Part shown: in pieces, positions 58,921 to 64,000 of the stretch | Layout of the letters: the number at the start of each line of letters is the position of its first letter | Position numbering within the stretch: the first letter of the stretch is position 1 | Assembly: GCA_049510745.1 (NCBI GenBank) | Contig: JBEKYR010000002.1 | Span: 218,924-282,923, forward strand | Direction of reading: 5' to 3' | DNA length: 64,000 bases | From: Verrucomicrobiota bacterium | GTDB lineage: Bacteria; Verrucomicrobiota; Verrucomicrobiia; Limisphaerales; Palsa-1400 | Position numbers and translations under genes: made by a program | Notes under the pieces: generated by a model | What the model was told of the DNA's origin: nothing | The model's database searches: none | What the model saw: only the letters and a program-made list of their open reading frames with translations

Positions 58921-60009
58921 GTGACTCGCCCATTGGAATTTTTGCTGGCGGGCTGGCTCCTGGTTGGCCTTCCGGCTTCGGCGCTGGACCGCACCAATGT
59001 CGTCTTCAAGGTGTTCCAGTTTCCGGCGGATAAAATCCCTGTAATTGACGGACAGACCAACGACTGGAACATCGTGCCCGAATCTTACGTCATCGGAACG
59101 GACCAACTGGTCGATGACACCGGCAAACATCCCCGCCCGGACCCGAAAAATCTCGACGTGCGCGTGCGAGTCGGCTGGGTCAAGGGCTTGAACCGGCTCT
59201 ATTTTCTGTACGAGGCCGACGATGATTACTGGGATTTCTCGCTGCCGGGCCTGCACAACGACACGTTCGAGCTGGTGGTCGATGGCGACCTGTCCGGCGG
59301 ACCGCTCATTGAACGGTTTCATCCCGCCAGGGACCTTCTGGGCGCCTGGGAAACGTATTTCACGCTCCAGGGAACGCAGGCGCAGAACTACCACATCTTC
59401 ACGCCGGCGGAGGGGAAGGATTGGTGCATGGTTTGGGGGCCGGCGCAGTGGCTCAAGGAATTGCCCTACGCCAATGCCGCCTGTTCCTATCACTTCCGCC
59501 CGGGCCAGTCCGGCCACCTCGTTTTGGAATTTTGGATTACGCCCTTTGATTACGCCGGGGCGGAAGGGCCGTCGCGCGCCGTCGAGTCAGTGCTGAAGGA
59601 AAACAAGATCATCGGGCTGTCATGGGCGGTGATCGATTATGACGACGTCAATTCCGGCGAGACCAACAACGGTTTCTGGAACCTCTCCCGCCATCACACC
59701 ATGTACGGCAACGCCGACCAATTGTGCGCGTTCAAATTGATGCCGCTGGAGCCGCCATTCCGCAAAGCGATCGACGCCCAATGGTCTTTCCAGGTCATCG
59801 ACATGTCGCGCCGGCTGGTGGCGTTCAAGGACCTGTCGGAAGGGCAGATTACCTCGTGGCAATGGGACTTCGGCGACGGCCAGACCTCCAACGAACAGAA
59901 CCCGCTCCACGCCTACAAGGACGCCGGCCATTACGTCGTCGTGCTGTGGGTCGAGGGGCCGGCGGGCAAATCGCGCCGCGCCAAAGTCTGGGACGTCGCG
60001 GTGAAATGA
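58921..60009 (+). CDS. Secreted protein, CBM9/DOMON-like domain plus PKD domain
   Basis: PVIDG...DW, LYFLYEA.DD; C-terminal WQWDFGDGQTS.EQNP.H.Y...G.Y.V.L.V. Confidence 0.75.
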   Translation: MTRPLEFLLAGWLLVGLPASALDRTNVVFKVFQFPADKIPVIDGQTNDWNIVPESYVIGTDQLVDDTGKHPRPDPKNLDVRVRVGWVKGLNRLYFLYEADDDYWDFSLPGLHNDTFELVVDGDLSGGPLIERFHPARDLLGAWETYFTLQGTQAQNYHIFTPAEGKDWCMVWGPAQWLKELPYANAACSYHFRPGQSGHLVLEFWITPFDYAGAEGPSRAVESVLKENKIIGLSWAVIDYDDVNSGETNNGFWNLSRHHTMYGNADQLCAFKLMPLEPPFRKAIDAQWSFQVIDMSRRLVAFKDLSEGQITSWQWDFGDGQTSNEQNPLHAYKDAGHYVVVLWVEGPAGKSRRAKVWDVAVK

Positions 60010-60015
60010 CGGGCC

Positions 60016-61392
60016 ATGAAACTCCGCCGCATCCTCTTGACAGGCGCGCTGCTGGCGTGCGCGCTGGCTTCTCCGCCGGCCGCGAAGGGCGCCGGAATCT
60101 TCAACGTCCTGGACTTTGGCGCGGCGGGCGACGGCGCCACGCTCGACACCGCGGCCATCCAACGCGCCATTGACGCCGCCGCGGCGGCCGGTGGCGGCGC
60201 GGAAGTCCTGATGCCGCGCGGCCATCGTTTTCTCACCGGCACCCTGGAATTGCGCGGCGGCATTGATTTTCATCTTGACGGCGAATTGCTCATCAGCACC
60301 AACCGGGCGGATTACACGGGCGACGGCGTCCTGACCGCCCTCAACGCGCGCGATCTCCGGCTGAGCGGGAGGGGCCGGATCAGCGGGCGTTCGCTGTCGT
60401 TCATGACCGGTTACGACGCGGCCGGGGAGTGGTGGCTGTTCCGGGAATGGCGGCCGAAGATGTTCGTCTTGACAGGCTGCACGAACCTGGTTGTGCGCGA
60501 TCTGACCTTCGGCGACGCGCCGTTTTGGGGCTTGCACATGCTGGGCTGCCGCCACGTCCTGGTGGACCACCTGACCGTGCAGAACCGGCTGGATGTCCCC
60601 AATTGCGACGGCATCGACCCCGACCATTGCCAGGATGTCGAAATCCGCCGCTGCCGCCTGACCTGCGGGGACGACGCCATCGTCATCAAGAGCACGCGCC
60701 AGACCAACGACTACGGCCCGTGCGCCCATATCCGCGTCCATGACTGCGTGATACGGACGGAGGATTCCGGCCTGAAAATCGGCACGGAAACCACCGGCGA
60801 CATTGAGGACGTCGTCTTCGAGCGCTGCCGGATCCTTTCCGCCAGCCGGGGCCTGACGATTCAACTGCGCGACGAAGGGAGTGTGTCAAACATTATTTTC
60901 CGCGACATCCGGTTCACCGCGCGCTGCCATGCCGACCCATGGTGGGGCCGGGGCGAGGCCATTTCGTTCACCGCGCTGCCGCGCGCGAACGGCGCGCCGC
61001 TGGGGGCGATTGAAAATGTGCTGGTGGAAAACGTCACCGGAAAGGCCGAAAACAGCGCGCGGATCAACGGGACGCCGGCCAGCCACATCCGCGGCGTGCG
61101 GTTTGAGAACGTCGCCGTCACCCTGGACCGCTGGACGAAATACCCCGGCGGCGTGTTCGACAACCGCCCGACCAAAGTGTTGGAGCCGGTCGAAAAACAC
61201 GGCAACCCCGGTTTCAGCGTGCGCTGGGCCGACGATGTGGTGTTGAAAAACTGCGCCGTCCACTGGGGCCGCCATCGGCCCGAATACTTCACCAGCGCGC
61301 TGGAGGCCGGGGAGGTGACGGGTTTGAGCCTGACCGGTTTCAAAGGCAGCGCGGCCCACCCCGATCGGGACGGAGCGATTGTCGTGCATTGA
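60016..61392 (+). CDS. GH28 family glycoside hydrolase
   Basis: DFGAAGDG..LDTAAIQ.AID, NCDGIDPD, GDDAIVIK, KIGTE. Confidence 0.9.
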   Translation: MKLRRILLTGALLACALASPPAAKGAGIFNVLDFGAAGDGATLDTAAIQRAIDAAAAAGGGAEVLMPRGHRFLTGTLELRGGIDFHLDGELLISTNRADYTGDGVLTALNARDLRLSGRGRISGRSLSFMTGYDAAGEWWLFREWRPKMFVLTGCTNLVVRDLTFGDAPFWGLHMLGCRHVLVDHLTVQNRLDVPNCDGIDPDHCQDVEIRRCRLTCGDDAIVIKSTRQTNDYGPCAHIRVHDCVIRTEDSGLKIGTETTGDIEDVVFERCRILSASRGLTIQLRDEGSVSNIIFRDIRFTARCHADPWWGRGEAISFTALPRANGAPLGAIENVLVENVTGKAENSARINGTPASHIRGVRFENVAVTLDRWTKYPGGVFDNRPTKVLEPVEKHGNPGFSVRWADDVVLKNCAVHWGRHRPEYFTSALEAGEVTGLSLTGFKGSAAHPDRDGAIVVH

Positions 61393-61473
61393 GGGTGCAG
61401 GGCAAGTATGAAGTCAGAAGGATGAAGGAAGAAGTCCCAATTCCGATGGGTGCAGGCAGCATTGAATCAGGGA

Positions 61474-62064
61474 TCAGTGGGCGCTCTTTTCTTCGACCGG
61501 GGAAACCGCCGATTTTTCGTCCAGACGGATTTCGAACACACACCGTTTTCCGCCGCGCAGGACGGACTCTTTGAGTTCCACTTTGACCTTCTTCTGCAAG
61601 AGGGTTTCCCAGGTATGTTGTTGCCAGCCCAGGGAACAATTGCAGGCCACTTTTGGAGTGTGGCTGAAGAGGCTGATCAGCGGGCAGAAGCAGTCGGTCC
61701 GGTCGTCGGACGCCATCGTAATCAGGCCCTTGTCCCAATCGTAAGTGATGTTATCGGCCGACTTGCTCCGTTTGACCGCCTGGCGGAACCCTTCGAGGTC
61801 GCCGCGGAATTTCTTTCTCCAATCGTCGCCCAAGCCGGAACAATAAGCGCCCAGATCGAACAAGGTGTCATTCAATGTCTTTTCATCCATCCGGCTTGAA
61901 AGAATCTCCAGCAGCCTGGCATAGCGCTGTTTGACGAAGGGCAATCGCCAGTCCTCGGGGTCCTTGGCTTCGGCGCCAGGGGCGGAAGCAGGGGCAGCCA
62001 AACCGACGGCGCCGCAGGAGCAAAAGGCGCAGGCAAAGTTTTTCAGGAACTCTTTTCGATTCAT
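61474..62064 (-). CDS. Cys-rich protein with Tat-like leader (DUF6144/V4R-like)
   Basis: NRKEFLK leader; CFCP, CNCS.GW, ESVLRGGKRC.F.I. Confidence 0.65.
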   Translation of the reverse strand: MNRKEFLKNFACAFCSCGAVGLAAPASAPGAEAKDPEDWRLPFVKQRYARLLEILSSRMDEKTLNDTLFDLGAYCSGLGDDWRKKFRGDLEGFRQAVKRSKSADNITYDWDKGLITMASDDRTDCFCPLISLFSHTPKVACNCSLGWQQHTWETLLQKKVKVELKESVLRGGKRCVFEIRLDEKSAVSPVEEKSAH

Positions 62065-62083
62065 AAACAGAGTTTACCACCTA

Positions 62084-63532
62084 CTACTGCGACCGGTATA
62101 GGAACGTGACTTCACTGGCGGAAAGCGCGCGGTTCCAAACCATCGGCTCGTCAATGAGGCCGCGGAACGATTTACCGAGATCATCCTCGGTCAGATTGGA
62201 CCGATTGCAGCCGATGACCAGATTAAAGTCGGTGGCCCCCGCTTGCCCGGGAGTCTTCCAATGAAGCTTGGCTTCAGGCTGGCCATCGACGTAGAGCACC
62301 TCGCCGGCCCCGTCAAAGGTGGCCACCACCTGATGCCATTGTCCGTCGGCCACGTTGGTTTTCGAGACGATGAAGTGGTTTCCCGGCCCGATCTCCAGGG
62401 AGACTTGACCGCGCCAATTGTTCTGCTGCCAGTCGCCGGCGATACTCAGGGCGAAACCTTTGCTGTAGGATTTGTCGAAGATGCGCCGCCAGATGCCATC
62501 CGCGAAGGAGGTCTTGATCCAGGCCGCCAGGGTGAATTGCGCGGGATTAAGCGACTCGTTGTTGGCCACTTCAATCTGGTCGCCGTCGGCGGTGAATTCA
62601 TAAGCGCCGCCCTTCCTGCCGTCAGCGGTCCAGTGAACCCCCGAAGCTTTGCCGTGATTTCCCTGGCCGCTGGCGTCTGTCACCTTGTCGCCGCCTGTTT
62701 CGTCCCGGTCAAAAGTGAAGTACAAAACCCGACCTTTGGCGAGGCTCTCGGCGGTGACGGGCGCGTTGGTTGGGCCGGCTTTCGCGACGATGATGGGAAT
62801 GGAAACAGCGGCGACAATCGCCGCGCTCAATATGGCATAGGTGATTCTTTTCATAAGGATGATTTTAATTGCTGTTAAAAAAGTGGAGGATCCCGCGGCT
62901 CCCGCTCCGGCAAGCGAAGCGCCGGCGACCGTGGAAGCCAGTCCCGCCGGGGCCGCCTGGACGGCGTTGGCGGCAATAGTCAAGGCGAGGACCGAGGCGG
63001 ACACGGCCACACCGCGCCGGACGAAATGCGCCCGCAACTTCTCCAGCGCCCGGCCGACGCGCCGTTGCACCGTATCCTCGCTCAACGCCAGCGCGTCGCC
63101 CACTTCCCGCCAGCTCCGCTCCTGGAAAAACCGCATGACGACGAGGTCCTGCTCGGCAGCGTTCAAAGTGTTCATGGCCTCCTCAAGGCCGGACTCGATG
63201 GATTCCCACGCCGTTTCAATTTCGAGTTCCGCCTGCATCATGGCTTCCGCTTCGTGTTGGCGGCGGCTGCGGTCGGCGCGCAAGGCATTGGCCGCCTGAC
63301 AATGGGTGACGCGGTAAAGCCATCCCGGCAGCGCGTTGCCCTCGCGGATAGCCGGCGCTTTGCGCGCCAGTTGGACAAAAACCAACTGGGCGATGTCCTC
63401 GGCCAGGGCGGGTTGGCGAACCATTCGCAAAGCGGTGAAATAGACCAGATTGACATGCCGTTTGACCAACTCGGCAAAAGCGGAGTCCGACTGGTCTTCC
63501 ACGTATTCCCGCAACAGTTCAGCGTCATTCAT
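62084..63532 (-). CDS. ECF sigma factor fused to TM segment and LamG-like domain
   Basis: DAELL..Y...AFAELVKRH.NLVY, AEDIAQ.VF, GWLY, RALEKLR; hydrophobic segment; DGQWHQVVATFDG...LYVDG, F.GLIDE...WNRALS. Confidence 0.9.
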   Translation of the reverse strand: MNDAELLREYVEDQSDSAFAELVKRHVNLVYFTALRMVRQPALAEDIAQLVFVQLARKAPAIREGNALPGWLYRVTHCQAANALRADRSRRQHEAEAMMQAELEIETAWESIESGLEEAMNTLNAAEQDLVVMRFFQERSWREVGDALALSEDTVQRRVGRALEKLRAHFVRRGVAVSASVLALTIAANAVQAAPAGLASTVAGASLAGAGAAGSSTFLTAIKIILMKRITYAILSAAIVAAVSIPIIVAKAGPTNAPVTAESLAKGRVLYFTFDRDETGGDKVTDASGQGNHGKASGVHWTADGRKGGAYEFTADGDQIEVANNESLNPAQFTLAAWIKTSFADGIWRRIFDKSYSKGFALSIAGDWQQNNWRGQVSLEIGPGNHFIVSKTNVADGQWHQVVATFDGAGEVLYVDGQPEAKLHWKTPGQAGATDFNLVIGCNRSNLTEDDLGKSFRGLIDEPMVWNRALSASEVTFLYRSQ

Positions 63533-63574
63533 GCTCGCTCTTTTCTCTTTAGTCACCGCCCGCACGGCAAACAC

Positions 63575-63735
63575 CGCAAAAAAGACGCGGGCCATTCCGT
63601 GCCGCCCACGTGATCGAGGACGTGTTCTCCGGGTTTGAGACGCTTGCGCGCGTGGATGTCCCGCATTTCCAGACCGCCGTAAAGCCCGCGATACCCGTGA
63701 TCCATGAAGGCGGCGTAATCCGCCGGCTGAATGAT
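63575..63735 (-). pseudogene. dinD C-terminal fragment
   Basis: IIQPADYAAFMDHGYRGLYGGLEMRDIHARKRLKPGEHVLDHVGGTE resembles the DinD segment 'DYAIFQ.HGY.GLYGGL...DIH.RK.L.....ILDHMG..ELAANLFR'; N-terminal BRO part absent. Confidence 0.7.
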
Positions 63736-64000
63736 GCGCTTGATGCGTTTGGAAGTGTTGCCTGCGGCGGGGACTGGCAAGGGATCGCTCATGGGGTTTC
63801 TTTTACCCAAAGTCACGGTTCAGATGAAGAACGAATTATCCTTAAAACCGGGCTTTGCCTCCTCCTAGCCTTATCTCTTCATCGATTTCGTAAGTTGATT
63901 TAGCGGTTTTTACCTTATGCCATAAGAATCAAGGGGTTAAGATCGGGAGGGGCACTTTCGCATTGGCAGAGGATTTTCTTTTTCGCTTGCCATCTGGCCC

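Overview
High-GC bacterial chromosomal segment, most likely Verrucomicrobiota of the Pedosphaera/subdivision-3 type. This is inferred from a VPDSG-CTERM-type protein, an ECF sigma factor with a TM+LamG extension, giant S8 peptidases and a DUF4912-GH57 pair. Housekeeping genes (N-terminal-half carB, ribE/ribD/ftsY/nusB, eukaryote-type hisA, proC, UDG, dnaN, cysteine desulfurase, ligA, fabI) are interleaved with small lower-GC accessory patches: a DNA methyltransferase fused to a nuclease-like domain, two orphan genes, an HTH/dinD pair, several toxin-antitoxin modules or orphan antitoxins, and gene remnants. Most notable non-coding signals: (1) an oriC-like element upstream of dnaN (DnaA box, short GC linker, DnaA-trio-like triplets, AT-rich tract) with no adjacent dnaA; (2) four copies of a 22-bp palindrome with core TGTCA-NN-TGACA, 2.5 kb and 27 kb from that site, a candidate non-canonical parS; (3) a Cys/Val-rich 19-aa leader peptide with attenuator-like hairpins; (4) a complete sigma54/IHF/enhancer promoter; (5) repeated leaderless-type promoter geometry; (6) heptamer tandem tracts at gene junctions. 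No tRNA, rRNA, CRISPR array or intact transposase was recognised. All calls come from reading motifs by eye; no database searches were run.
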